Shown: one piece after another, positions 37,151-48,544 of the stretch
How the letters are laid out: each line of letters opens with the position of its first letter
Numbering within the stretch: position 1 is the stretch's first letter
NCBI GenBank assembly: GCA_943355025.1
Contig: CALRDW010000001.1
Span: 60,015 to 124,014 of the forward strand
Length of the DNA: 64,000 nucleotides
DNA from: Candidatus Magasanikiibacteriota bacterium
GTDB taxonomy: Bacteria > Patescibacteriota > Patescibacteriia > Magasanikbacterales > 2-02-FULL-50-9b
Direction: 5' to 3'
Program-made: the position numbers and the translations under genes
The notes under the pieces: model-generated
What the model saw: only the letters and a program-made list of their open reading frames with translations
Told to the model about the DNA's origin: nothing
Databases searched by the model: none

Positions 37151-37780
37151 TTACCGCGTCGGCAGGTACACGCGATTAAACGAAGTAATTCCGTCGTTTG
37201 GCCACGTGTAGATCTGACCGGGCATGGCACCGAGTGGCGTGTAGTTAATCGTTTGGGTGTATGGTCCCCAGCGACGAGTTACACTCGTGACAGCGCCATT
37301 ATGATTCATATCAACCACGACAGCGCCCATCGGGAGCACGCCGCGAGTTGATCCGAACCGAGAGTACGCGCCATACGGAACCTGGTATGAACCATACGAA
37401 CCGCCTGAGTAATTCCAGTTGTTGGCCATGCCAAAGGGCACGCGATACATCTGGCCGCCGCAGTTCATGTCCGTCGTGATGGGTTTGCCCACCGCGTCGA
37501 ATCCGACTGTGATCCGCTTACACACAACATTCGTATTCGTGCCGCCAGGGCCCGAACGCGTTTCCTGTGCATACTCGACGTTGCCGTCTTCGTCCCGCTC
37601 GACGTACGAGTCGCGCCGATTGGCCTCGGTCACGGTCGTTGACCGACTGACCGGAGTTTGGATGGTTGATTCCGAGTAAGCGATTCGGCCCGCATCGTCG
37701 CGAACGACGTACGAGTCATAGCAACCAGCTGTTGAGGCCGCGAGAGCGCAGAGAATAACGAGTTGTGAGAAAATGCTCAT
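37151..37780 (-). CDS. Hypothetical secreted/lipoprotein-like protein (Gly/Tyr/Ser-rich), GC-rich, inserted inside the atp operon on the opposite strand
   Basis: Signal peptide MSIFSQLVILCALAASTAGC (lipobox-like TAGC). AGGAG RBS before the ATG at 37780. Higher GC than flanks. The longer ORF to 37972 would overlap the atpD start. Confidence 0.5.
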   Translation of the reverse strand: MSIFSQLVILCALAASTAGCYDSYVVRDDAGRIAYSESTIQTPVSRSTTVTEANRRDSYVERDEDGNVEYAQETRSGPGGTNTNVVCKRITVGFDAVGKPITTDMNCGGQMYRVPFGMANNWNYSGGSYGSYQVPYGAYSRFGSTRGVLPMGAVVVDMNHNGAVTSVTRRWGPYTQTINYTPLGAMPGQIYTWPNDGITSFNRVYLPTR

Positions 37781-37880
37781 GATGAGCTCCTTGTAGATGC
37801 GCTGGCCCGTTGGCCACGCGCGGTATGAAGAGCAAAGGGCTTTACCCCGGGATTGAGCTGAACTCAGCCAAAAGCCGGGA

Positions 37881-39323
<1,443 letters not shown>

Positions 39324-39334
39324 TTTTCAGGGCT

Positions 39335-39787
39335 ATGATTCGTTTTTCGCTCATCACACCAGAGAAAACAGCGTACACCGGCGAATGCGATTCGGTAAGT
39401 TTGCCGACCACAACGGGTCAAATTCAGGTTCTTGAAAAACATGAGCCGCTTGTGTCAATTTTGGCGCCTGGCGAACTTAAAATTGTAAAAGGTGACGAGA
39501 TAACATATTTAGCGGTTTCGAGCGGGTTTATCGAGGTGCGGCCTGGTGGCGAGGTTGTTGTGCTCGCAAATACGGCAGAAGTTGCAACCGATATCGATAT
39601 CGAGCGAGCAGAGCAGGCGAGGGTTAGGGCGCGTGAGCTTGTTGCGGGCAAGGTAACATCGGCTGCTGAATATGCAGCAATTGCCGGGGCCATGGAAAAA
39701 GAGTGGGCACGACTTAAAGTTGGGCGAAAGCATTTTTCGAAGCGCGGGCCACTTGGGTCCATGGGCGTCAGACCCGATACAAAATAA
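39335..39787 (+). CDS. atpC: ATP synthase F1 epsilon subunit
   Basis: N-terminal beta-sandwich (LITPEK...VSLPT) plus C-terminal helical hairpin. Confidence 0.85.
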   Translation: MIRFSLITPEKTAYTGECDSVSLPTTTGQIQVLEKHEPLVSILAPGELKIVKGDEITYLAVSSGFIEVRPGGEVVVLANTAEVATDIDIERAEQARVRARELVAGKVTSAAEYAAIAGAMEKEWARLKVGRKHFSKRGPLGSMGVRPDTK

Positions 39788-39905
39788 TCGGGTTCAATCG
39801 CGGAGGTTAGAAGAAATCGGCCCCCAAGGGGTTGATTTTTATTTCAAAGCGTGATAGTCTATTTTTTGTTCACGCCGGATGCAAACTCGCATCATTGGAG
39901 GCACC

Positions 39906-40361
39906 ATGTATCTAACGCCCGACGACATCTTGAAAAAACTAAAGGATAACGCGCCACTTTCGCTTATCGTTCGGACAGCCGGTGAAATGCGCCTGAACAG
40001 CATCGTCGAGGAGCGCGGTGGGCTTGCGTGGAGCGGTTGGTCCATCCGTAAGGACGGTAAGAGCACAACGTCGTCGCTTACGCTTGGCAGCTACCGTAAC
40101 CACAGGATTCACGGGTACGACGTTGTTGTGCGTTACATGCTTCAGCGTGGCAATGCCTTGCCATATTTTGCGGCAGATATTGTCTGGAGTGCGGTCAAAA
40201 AAGAGTGGAGCCTGCGGACTGAAGGTTCGCGCAAGCTCAAGGGTCAGATGATTCTTGCGCGTCAACTGACGCCGTTTGAAGGACGGGGTTTGAGCGATTT
40301 TGCGGCGCGTGAGCAGCTCGTTACTGTGATGAGCTGGTTCCGCGACCGGAATCCACGGTAA
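39906..40361 (+). CDS. Hypothetical protein (about 150 aa), GC-rich
   Basis: GGAGG RBS before the ATG at 39906; followed by a terminator. No recognisable domain. Confidence 0.4.
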   Translation: MYLTPDDILKKLKDNAPLSLIVRTAGEMRLNSIVEERGGLAWSGWSIRKDGKSTTSSLTLGSYRNHRIHGYDVVVRYMLQRGNALPYFAADIVWSAVKKEWSLRTEGSRKLKGQMILARQLTPFEGRGLSDFAAREQLVTVMSWFRDRNPR

Positions 40362-40388
40362 CTGTTCGATGGTCTGATGGGTCACGTG

Positions 40389-40437
40389 TCGCCGCACTGG
40401 TGTTTGTTTCAAACATTGGTCGCGGCGATTTTTTTAA
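40389..40437 (+). terminator. Rho-independent terminator (TCGCCGC...GCGGCGA + T7)
   Basis: GC-rich stem with an internal AT hairpin and a following T-run, after the hypothetical gene. Confidence 0.55.
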
Positions 40438-40592
40438 CAGAACTCCAAAGCTTCCAAATACCACAACACACCGGTTCAACCTATACTCAAAAGTAAAAAC
40501 TATTACTTCTCAGGGAGAGATAAACAGGAACTCCCGTCGAAGTAATATTTAATTCTTTGAGTATACGTTCATTCAAGTGTTATACTACTCTC

Positions 40593-41708
40593 ATGCTTCC
40601 TAATCCTTTTCAAAAATCATTACCAGAGTTTAAAGACACAGATCCTCTTAAGAACAGAGAGATTGTTCGGAGTCTTCTTGGAGAGCACGGTGTTCATCGC
40701 TATCGAAAGATTTTGAGTGGCAACACAGATTCGTCTAATAAAAGAGAGAAAAATGTTTCTCAGGAAGACCTCAAAGCTCTTGCTGCAGACGCGCGTTCTA
40801 AAATAGACACGCTCTCGCGAGATTCCTTCAAACTAATTTTCGAAAAACTCATCGAGAAAGGATATAAGTCTCAAATAAAATCTTTGCAAGAAATAAACTT
40901 TCTCGAAACCAAAGATGGAAAAATTGGACACGTAGATATTCTTGGAGTATTCAGAGAACTGCCTACAGAGGAAGCGATTAAAAATCATTTTTTATCTCTG
41001 CCAAACATCAGACAAAAAATTGCACAAGGATTCACGAGATTGCTCATTGTTCCATTTGGGTCATCGATTGAAAACTTATTATGCAAAACAGGGGAATTGA
41101 TACTTAAACACAGTGCTGTGAAGAAACTTCTAAGTGAAGATGGCACAGTGCTTTCGGTAGATATGGAAGAGCCAGCATATATGTTTGATGATTACCACGA
41201 AAGAGAAGACTCGTCTGAAATTGTCTATTATCCCACGAGCTTTGATCTGAATAACGAGGGGGGAAAAACAAAAGCAGAATTACTTTCGAAAGTGTCAAAA
41301 TATTCTCCGTTTCCCGGCTACCACGTTTTACTCATTTCTGAAGACACACAGTTGTCTCGGCTTCACGAAGGGGAGGAACAAGCTGGTAGAAGTCAATTAG
41401 AATCTAACATGTCATCAATTGAGTATCTTGGGCTCTTGAACTCCGATCCAGCATATGCTGGGGAATTTGGTTTAACCCCTGAAGATTGGTTGACTCTATT
41501 TTCGACTAAACTTAATCAAACCAACCGCGTGATCGGGGATTACGAGTCGGATCAAGATTGCATGAGTTTTTTAATTGGTAGCACCTTCTTAGCTGGCAAC
41601 GGTGTCCCTCTAGTGGTTTGGGACAGGACCCGAGGACGCGTTAATTTGACCACCCATAGTCCGTCATGTGCGGATTTAGAAATTTCAGCACATGTTGCAA
41701 TTGGATAA
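40593..41708 (+). CDS. Hypothetical protein (about 372 aa), AT-rich relative to neighbours; possible leaderless start
   Basis: Long ORF (TTG at 40557 or ATG at 40593). A TATACT -10-like box ends 5 nt before the ATG at 40593 with TTGAGT 17 nt upstream. No Walker, HEPN or PD-(D/E)xK motif recognised. Confidence 0.5.
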   Translation: MLPNPFQKSLPEFKDTDPLKNREIVRSLLGEHGVHRYRKILSGNTDSSNKREKNVSQEDLKALAADARSKIDTLSRDSFKLIFEKLIEKGYKSQIKSLQEINFLETKDGKIGHVDILGVFRELPTEEAIKNHFLSLPNIRQKIAQGFTRLLIVPFGSSIENLLCKTGELILKHSAVKKLLSEDGTVLSVDMEEPAYMFDDYHEREDSSEIVYYPTSFDLNNEGGKTKAELLSKVSKYSPFPGYHVLLISEDTQLSRLHEGEEQAGRSQLESNMSSIEYLGLLNSDPAYAGEFGLTPEDWLTLFSTKLNQTNRVIGDYESDQDCMSFLIGSTFLAGNGVPLVVWDRTRGRVNLTTHSPSCADLEISAHVAIG

Positions 41709-41750
41709 TTATTGTTGACGAAGAATGCCCTGCGCTGCTACGATAAACGC

Positions 41751-44705
41751 ATGAAAATTTTAGATGGACTCACGGAGGAACAACAAAATGCAGTTACGCA
41801 TGCACAGGGGCCGCTGATTATTATTGCGGGTGCGGGAACGGGGAAAACTAAAGTTATTACAACGCGCATTGCGTGGCTTATTGAGCAGAAGCTTGCGAAG
41901 CCGAGCGAAATTGTTGCACTTACATTTACTGAAAAGGCGGCGAATGAAATGTCGGATCGATTGGAGACGCTCGTTGGCCATCATGCAATTGAAATTTCAA
42001 CAACAACGTTTCATGGATTTTGTCAGCAGATAATCGGGCGATACGGTTTAGAAATTGGGATTACACCAGGCGCGCCACTCTTAAATGAAATTCAATTGTG
42101 GTTACTCCTCACGCGCGAATTTGATCGGCTTAATTTAAAACATTACAAACCGCATGGAAATCCAACAAAATTTTTGCGCAGCATTATTAAACACATTGCG
42201 CGTGCGAAGGATGAAAATATTACCGTAGAACAGTACGCGGCATACGCAGAAAAAATTCGGCTTGACGCCGGAGAAATTGATGGGCCGGAGAGCGAGGAGG
42301 TTCGGCGCGTTTCGGAACTCGCAGAGTGCTATCGCGTATATCAGGAATTATTACTCGAGCGCGGTGTAATGGATTTCGGTGATTTATTATTATACGCAAA
42401 TCAAATTCTTGTTCAGCGTCCATCAGTGCGCGCGAAAATGCAGCAGCGAATTAAATATGTTGTTGTCGATGAATTTCAGGATACGAACATGGCGCAGTAT
42501 GATTTAGTTCGAGCGCTGCTTGGGCCTGAACAAAATATTACAGTTGTTGGCGATGACGATCAGGCGATTTATAAATTTCGTGGCGCGAGTGTTGATAATA
42601 TTTTGCAATTCCGTGCACATTTTCCAACACGCGCAGAAGTATTTCTTACAAAAAATTATCGATCGAAACAAGAAATTCTCGACGCGTCATATGCGCTTAT
42701 TCAGAGAAACAATCCCTATCGCCTTGAGTCAGATGAACTGGGCGTTTCGAGTGGCGCAAAAAAATTAACAGCCGCGCGCGGCGATGGGGCCGTTGTTACG
42801 GCGCGATCATTTGCAACTGGTATCAAAGAGGCAAAGTGGATTGCGACGGACATCGAGCGTGCGATTATAGGTGGCGCCGCGCCACGCGCTATTGCTGTTT
42901 TGACGCGAGGAGCATCACACATTGAAGAGGTGGCGGGCGAGCTGCGCCGGCGCGGTATTCCGTATGTGATTGCGCAAACCGAAGGCTTACTTAAAACAAG
43001 CGCGGCACTTGATCTCATGTCGCTGCTACGTGCGGCACTTGAGCGGTATAATACGAATGCGTGGTATCACGTAAGCATTTCGCGCATTTCGCATATTTCA
43101 CCGCACGACCTTGTCGAGTGCATCGCGTATGCGCGTAGAAAAAACATTTCTCTTGCGCGTGTACTTCATGGCGAATATCCATCCGAACTTTCTGATGATG
43201 GAAACGCTGCGATAAAAGATTTGATAGCGCGTCTTAAACTTACGCCTGAAATTTTGCATACAAACAAAGCAAGCACAATTTTATATAGTGTGCTTGAAGC
43301 AACAGATTATTTTAGGGCGCTTGTGCGTTCAATTGAGTCTGGCGACACTGCTGCGATGCAAGACATGACGCTTGTTAATAGTTTTTTGGAATTTATTGCG
43401 GAGTGGGAGGCTCAGCATCCGCGTGCAACGCCGTATGATTTTCTTGCGGACTGCGATCGGCTGCTTGAGTTTGGAGAGGAGGCGGGGCAGGCAGGTGCGC
43501 TGATTGATGTTGATGCTGTGCAGATGCTCACAATTCATTCAGCAAAGGGTTTGGAATTTTCTCGCGTGTATGTTGTCTCGGCTGTTGAGCAACGATTACC
43601 AAGCACTGAACGGCGCGAGGGAATCGAACTTCCCGACGCACTCGTTCGTGAACATTCAATTCCCGACGATCACCACACACAAGAAGAACGACGTCTTGCG
43701 TACGTTGCGTTTACACGCGCACAAGATGTGTTAACGATTTCATACGCTGAAAAATATGGCGGCAGTGAAACAGCACGCCGACGCAAACCATCGAGATTTA
43801 TTTCTGAGGCAGGCATCGAAATTATTCCAGCGACTGAAGAATTGACTGAAGAGGTTTCTGAAACACCGCCGAATCTTGCTATGGGAGTTACTTTTTTTGA
43901 GGGTGCGATAGCTCCAAGAGAAAAGGCGCCCCTTAGTTTTTCTCAATTACAAATGTTTGAAAAATGTCCCTATCAATATTGGTTTGCGCACGTACTTCGT
44001 CTGCCGAGACAGGCGAAGTGGTCAATGAGTTTTGGGAAATCGATTCATTCAGCGCTTCAAAAGTGGTATGAGCTTCTCAAAGAAGAGGATGGTGCAGAGC
44101 AGGTAGCGCTTTTTGAGACCAACGCATCACATGTTGTAAAAAAAGTTCCGGAGGTCGCAAAACTTTTGGAGCTTTTAACACACGCATGGATTAACGAAGG
44201 ATATCCATCGGAAAAATTTCACGATGAAAAATTTGCCGACGCAGAAAAAATGCTCCGTCTTTATTATCGTCAGAATGAACACTCGTGGAACATTCCGGCG
44301 CACATTGAAAAAAAGTTTCGTGTTATCATCGGCGGAGAAACACTCGAAGGGTCGATTGATCGCATTGATATAAACTCCGATGGATCCATAGAAATTATCG
44401 ATTACAAAACGAGCGCTCCGAAAACGTCAGACGACCTGAAGTTTCAAGATAAGGAACAGCTTTTAATTTATCAGATTGCGGCTGAGCGCGACTTGGAATT
44501 TCGGCCAACGCTACTTTCATACTATTATGTGCAAGATGGCACACGCGCGACATTTTCTGCAAAAGCAAAAGATCTCGAAAAGATAGAAACATTTGTTGCT
44601 GAAACAGGCGCGCGGATTCGTGAGGGAAAATTCGAGGCAAAACCTTCGTCGTTTACGTGTGCACAATGCGATTTTAAAGATATTTGCGAGTATCGGGATC
44701 TTTAG
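41751..44705 (+). CDS. UvrD/PcrA-type SF1 helicase fused to a C-terminal Cas4/AddB-like PD-(D/E)xK nuclease with Fe-S cysteines
   Basis: Helicase motif I GAGTGKT, UvrD motifs through VDEFQDT and TIHSAKGLEF. C-terminal GSIDRIDIN...IIDYKTS plus CP...CAQCDFKDIC four-Cys pattern. The ORF frame opens at 41712 (TTG). Confidence 0.85.
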   Translation: MKILDGLTEEQQNAVTHAQGPLIIIAGAGTGKTKVITTRIAWLIEQKLAKPSEIVALTFTEKAANEMSDRLETLVGHHAIEISTTTFHGFCQQIIGRYGLEIGITPGAPLLNEIQLWLLLTREFDRLNLKHYKPHGNPTKFLRSIIKHIARAKDENITVEQYAAYAEKIRLDAGEIDGPESEEVRRVSELAECYRVYQELLLERGVMDFGDLLLYANQILVQRPSVRAKMQQRIKYVVVDEFQDTNMAQYDLVRALLGPEQNITVVGDDDQAIYKFRGASVDNILQFRAHFPTRAEVFLTKNYRSKQEILDASYALIQRNNPYRLESDELGVSSGAKKLTAARGDGAVVTARSFATGIKEAKWIATDIERAIIGGAAPRAIAVLTRGASHIEEVAGELRRRGIPYVIAQTEGLLKTSAALDLMSLLRAALERYNTNAWYHVSISRISHISPHDLVECIAYARRKNISLARVLHGEYPSELSDDGNAAIKDLIARLKLTPEILHTNKASTILYSVLEATDYFRALVRSIESGDTAAMQDMTLVNSFLEFIAEWEAQHPRATPYDFLADCDRLLEFGEEAGQAGALIDVDAVQMLTIHSAKGLEFSRVYVVSAVEQRLPSTERREGIELPDALVREHSIPDDHHTQEERRLAYVAFTRAQDVLTISYAEKYGGSETARRRKPSRFISEAGIEIIPATEELTEEVSETPPNLAMGVTFFEGAIAPREKAPLSFSQLQMFEKCPYQYWFAHVLRLPRQAKWSMSFGKSIHSALQKWYELLKEEDGAEQVALFETNASHVVKKVPEVAKLLELLTHAWINEGYPSEKFHDEKFADAEKMLRLYYRQNEHSWNIPAHIEKKFRVIIGGETLEGSIDRIDINSDGSIEIIDYKTSAPKTSDDLKFQDKEQLLIYQIAAERDLEFRPTLLSYYYVQDGTRATFSAKAKDLEKIETFVAETGARIREGKFEAKPSSFTCAQCDFKDICEYRDL

Positions 44706-44751
44706 TATTTTTGCGCTTGCCAAGCAAAGGGTTTTCTGGGAGAATACGGTC

Positions 44752-45039
44752 ATGGACGATCTGAAAGACATTCTTAAAGGCCGTGTGCAACACGCTGGGG
44801 TAACCGCATCGGTGACAGCGGCGCTTGTTGTTGAGTCTGCACAGAAAGTTTTCGATGATTTTTTCGGTCTGACACCGCAGCTCATTCGAGTTTTATATCT
44901 TAAAAATAGAACGCTCACAGTCGCGGTTAATGGCGCACCGGTCGCGCAAGAAGTAAAACGAAATGAGAAAACATTGCTTGAACAGCTTCGTGCAGCAACA
45001 AAAGATGAGCAAATAGAACGTATTCGTTATTTATTATAA
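44752..45039 (+). CDS. Small conserved hypothetical protein (possibly DUF721-like)
   Basis: 95 aa from the internal ATG of ORF 44593..45039. The family call is weak and from memory. Confidence 0.3.
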   Translation: MDDLKDILKGRVQHAGVTASVTAALVVESAQKVFDDFFGLTPQLIRVLYLKNRTLTVAVNGAPVAQEVKRNEKTLLEQLRAATKDEQIERIRYLL

Positions 45040-45041
45040 GC

Positions 45042-45437
45042 GTGTTTGCTATGTCGCTTCGGGGTTTTTTAATCATCATTGGTATAACAGATCTCTTAGC
45101 GTGGTGCGCGTGGGGCACCGTGCTTTTTGCGACGTCGCCCGAATCCGGCTTTCCGATTTTATTTGTTTTTTACGCGAGTCTTTTGCTTGCGCTCCTCGGA
45201 TTGTGCGCGATTATTGGTTTTTGTATTCGTGTATATGTCTTCAAGCGTGATGAGTTAGTAAGTTTGTACGTAAAACGAACGTTTCGCCAGGGCTTTCTAC
45301 TCTCGCTACTTCTTGTTGTATGCCTCATGCTTGCACATGCGGGGCTGCTTCGTTCATGGGTTGTCCTAATTGTAGTAGCAATAATTGGTTTTGGAGAGCA
45401 CCTTTTTCTGTCCGGTGAGCACGCAGCCCGCAATTAA
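45042..45437 (+). CDS. Hypothetical multi-TM membrane protein
   Basis: 131 aa with 3-4 hydrophobic helices, tightly packed between neighbours. Confidence 0.4.
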   Translation: MFAMSLRGFLIIIGITDLLAWCAWGTVLFATSPESGFPILFVFYASLLLALLGLCAIIGFCIRVYVFKRDELVSLYVKRTFRQGFLLSLLLVVCLMLAHAGLLRSWVVLIVVAIIGFGEHLFLSGEHAARN

Positions 45438-45450
45438 TCCAGATGCATGT

Positions 45451-46698
45451 ATGAAATTTACCCAGCAAGTAACTAAAACAAGCAAGGAGGTGCCACACGG
45501 CGAAGTTAGTCGAAACGCAGAACTACTTATACGCGCTGGTTTTATTGATAAAACAATGGCGGGAGTGTACACGATGCTTCCGATGGGGCTCAAGGTGCTG
45601 ACAAAAATCAACACGATCGTTCGTGAGGAAATGAATGCTCTTGGAGCCGAAGAAATTTTGATGCCCGCGCTGCAACCAAAAGAATTTTGGGAGACAACAG
45701 GGCGCTGGGATTATATGGATGTGCTCTACCGTGTACATTCAGCGGATGGTTCACATGAATTTGGTCTTGGACCAACACATGAAGAGGTTGTAACGCCGCT
45801 CATGAAGCGCTTTATTTTATCGTATCGTGACGTGCCAAAAGCGGTTTACCAGATTCAGACGAAATTTCGCTATGAGCCACGCGCTAAATCAGGGATTTTG
45901 CGCGGCCGCGAATTTTGCATGAAAGATTTATATAGCTTTCATCTGACTGAGGCGGACATGCAGGAATTTTATGAGCGTGCGTCGGTTGCTTATTTTCGCG
46001 TATTTTCCCGCGTCGGTCTCTCTGCACTTCGCGTACATGCGTCCGGCGGCGCGTTTTCTAAATTCTCAGATGAATTCCAAGTGATTGCGAAAAATGGCGA
46101 AGATACTATTTTGTATTGCGACTGTGGCTTTGCGGAAAATTCAGAGATTGCTGAGGTAAAGGCGGGTGACACGTGTCCAAAGTGTGCATCGCGACAAGTC
46201 CGTGCCGAACAATCAATTGAGGTTGGAAATATTTTTTCTCTGAACACTCGATTTTCTGAGCCGTTTAAATTTTCGATTCAAGATCAGGCGGGGATTCCGA
46301 CGCATGTGCTCATGGGTTGTTATGGGATTGGATGCTCGCGTTTGATGGGAACGGTTGCGGAGGTGTTGTCTGACGAGAAGGGTCTCATCTGGCCAGACGC
46401 AATCGCGCCGTATCGTATCCATCTCGTTCAGCTCGGAAATGATGCCGGCGTTGTTGCAGCAGCGAATGATGTGTATGTTCAACTCCAATCAAATGGCGTG
46501 AGTGTCCTTTTCGACGATCGTGAGGACGTTGGTGCGGGTCAGAAATTTGCAGACGCAGATTTAATCGGTTGTCCACGGCGCGTTGTAATTTCAGCAAAAA
46601 CAATTCAAGCAGCAGCTGTTGAAGTTAAGCATCGCGCGTCCGGGGAAACCCAACTCATTCCGGTAAATGAGTTTTTGGACAGTGTGATGTATGTTTAA
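45451..46698 (+). CDS. proS: Prolyl-tRNA synthetase (short form without editing domain)
   Basis: Class II motifs; ProRS-like N-terminus YTMLPMGLKVL...FWETTGRW; C-terminal anticodon-binding domain. Confidence 0.8.
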   Translation: MKFTQQVTKTSKEVPHGEVSRNAELLIRAGFIDKTMAGVYTMLPMGLKVLTKINTIVREEMNALGAEEILMPALQPKEFWETTGRWDYMDVLYRVHSADGSHEFGLGPTHEEVVTPLMKRFILSYRDVPKAVYQIQTKFRYEPRAKSGILRGREFCMKDLYSFHLTEADMQEFYERASVAYFRVFSRVGLSALRVHASGGAFSKFSDEFQVIAKNGEDTILYCDCGFAENSEIAEVKAGDTCPKCASRQVRAEQSIEVGNIFSLNTRFSEPFKFSIQDQAGIPTHVLMGCYGIGCSRLMGTVAEVLSDEKGLIWPDAIAPYRIHLVQLGNDAGVVAAANDVYVQLQSNGVSVLFDDREDVGAGQKFADADLIGCPRRVVISAKTIQAAAVEVKHRASGETQLIPVNEFLDSVMYV

Positions 46699-47746
46699 GA
46701 GATTTTTTGGACGATTTAGTAAAGACGTCGGACTTGACCTCGGCTCGGCGCACACGCGTGTGTATGTGCGCGACAAAGGTATTGTTGTTGATGAACCGTC
46801 TGTTGTCGCGCTTAATATTAAAACAGATCAGATTATTTCGGTGGGGCACACGGCGCGCGACATGATTGGAAAAACGCCGGCCCATATTTTGACGTCACGC
46901 CCTTTGAATCATGGAATTATTTCAGATTATGAGGTTGCGGAGAAAATGATCAAATATTTTATTGATAAAATCCACGAAGATGGGGTAAATTTGGTCGCGC
47001 GTCCGCGAATTGTTATTGGAGCACCACTTGAAATAACTGAAGTTGAGCGCAAAGCAATCGAGGATGCGTCATATGCTGCAGGCGCCAGCGTCGTTCATGT
47101 TATCGAGGCGCCAATGGCCGCAGCATTTGGCGTTCGACTTCCCGTTGAAGAGGCCATCGGTACTATGATTGTTTCAGTCGGCGCGGGAATAACAGAAATC
47201 GCGGTCATTTCTCTGGGTGGAATCGTAACCTGGCGTTCATTACCGATCGCAGGCGATGAAATGGATCATAACGTTGTGCAGTATTGTCGCGAAGCATTTA
47301 ATTTGCTTATTGGTGATCGACAAGCGGAGCTTGTAAAAATTAAATTGGGCTCAGCTGAGCCATTGGATGCGGCAGAACAGATGTCCGTGCGTGGTCGTGA
47401 TTTAATAACTGGTCTGCCAAGAGAGGTGATGATTACCGATAGTCAGGTCCGCGAAGCAATTCATCGTTCAATCAAAGCAATTATTGATTCGGTCAAGGCA
47501 GCGCTTGAGGTAACACCTCCAGAGCTTGTCGCAGACATTCACGAGCGTGGAATAGTTATGGTTGGTGGAGGATCGCAGCTGCGCGGACTCGATCGTGCAA
47601 TTGCAAAAGCAGCGGAGATTCCTGTGCGCGTTGCCGATGATCCAACGACGGCAGTTGTTCGAGGAACGGGACTTTTACTTGAACACCCAGCAGTTCTTAA
47701 AGAGGTTGAACTGCCGTCAGCGCGTGTTCAGGACAAAGTTGGTTAA
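46691..47746 (+). CDS. mreB: Rod shape-determining protein MreB
   Basis: Actin-fold motifs GLDLGSAHTRVYV, DEPSVVAL and GGGSQLRGLD. Confidence 0.9.
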   Translation: MFKRFFGRFSKDVGLDLGSAHTRVYVRDKGIVVDEPSVVALNIKTDQIISVGHTARDMIGKTPAHILTSRPLNHGIISDYEVAEKMIKYFIDKIHEDGVNLVARPRIVIGAPLEITEVERKAIEDASYAAGASVVHVIEAPMAAAFGVRLPVEEAIGTMIVSVGAGITEIAVISLGGIVTWRSLPIAGDEMDHNVVQYCREAFNLLIGDRQAELVKIKLGSAEPLDAAEQMSVRGRDLITGLPREVMITDSQVREAIHRSIKAIIDSVKAALEVTPPELVADIHERGIVMVGGGSQLRGLDRAIAKAAEIPVRVADDPTTAVVRGTGLLLEHPAVLKEVELPSARVQDKVG

Positions 47747-47751
47747 CGCAT

Positions 47752-48543
47752 ATGCGCTTTAAGTCGCGCAAACAATTATATTGGTACTCAGGATTTGTCG
47801 CGGTACTTGTTGTGCTGCACATGTTTGGTATTCTCGCCTCATGTGGGCGTTTGGTACGTGGATTGGTTGACCCTTTTGTACACAACACATATCGAACCTC
47901 TCAAAATTTTCGTTTTTTTGGGCATACGTGGGGCATGAAGCCGATTAGTCAATCAGATCTTGAGACCCTTGAACATGAGCGCGATATTCTCAAAACACGC
48001 GTTGCGCTTGTTGAATCGGAAAATACAACACTCCGTCGGCAGCTCAGCTATCCAGATCGGAATAAATGGAAAATAATTGGCGCCGAAGTAATTGCAAAAA
48101 CGAGCGGCAGTTCCGAGCAAGCGCTTATCATAAATCGGGGATTGGGTGATGGTCTTGTGGCGGGGCAAGTAGTGTTTACTGACCAAGGTGTTCTTATCGG
48201 CTCTGTGCGGCTAGTTGAGCAAACACGTTCGTTCATTCAACTGCTCAACGATCCACAAAGCCGTATTGGTGCTTTGCATGTAACAAATTCACATCCAATC
48301 GGAATTATCGCTGGCGGATATGGGCTTGGAGTTCAGTTGACACTCATACCACCCGAAGAGGTCGTTGCTGTCGGCGATTTAATTGTGAGTAATGATGTAA
48401 CGGAGCAGATGCCACGCGGGTTACTCATCGGAAAAATAACTTCTGTTGGCCGCGAAACGTATGAACCATTCCAGCATGCCCTGATTGAGCCGACAATTCC
48501 GTTCGACCAGGTCAAAACCGTGACAATTATTATTAGTAAATAA
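47752..48543 (+). CDS. mreC: Rod shape-determining protein MreC
   Basis: N-terminal TM, coiled coil (LETLEHERDILK...), then beta-rich domain with ITSVG. Confidence 0.8.
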   Translation: MRFKSRKQLYWYSGFVAVLVVLHMFGILASCGRLVRGLVDPFVHNTYRTSQNFRFFGHTWGMKPISQSDLETLEHERDILKTRVALVESENTTLRRQLSYPDRNKWKIIGAEVIAKTSGSSEQALIINRGLGDGLVAGQVVFTDQGVLIGSVRLVEQTRSFIQLLNDPQSRIGALHVTNSHPIGIIAGGYGLGVQLTLIPPEEVVAVGDLIVSNDVTEQMPRGLLIGKITSVGRETYEPFQHALIEPTIPFDQVKTVTIIISK

Positions 48544-48544
48544 T

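Noticed and set aside
40557-41708. Walker A / HEPN / PD-(D/E)xK motifs in the AT-rich hypothetical protein
   Set aside because: GGKT occurs but without the required G-x4 context. No Rx4-6H or D...(D/E)xK arrangement is recognisable by eye. No enzymatic call was made.
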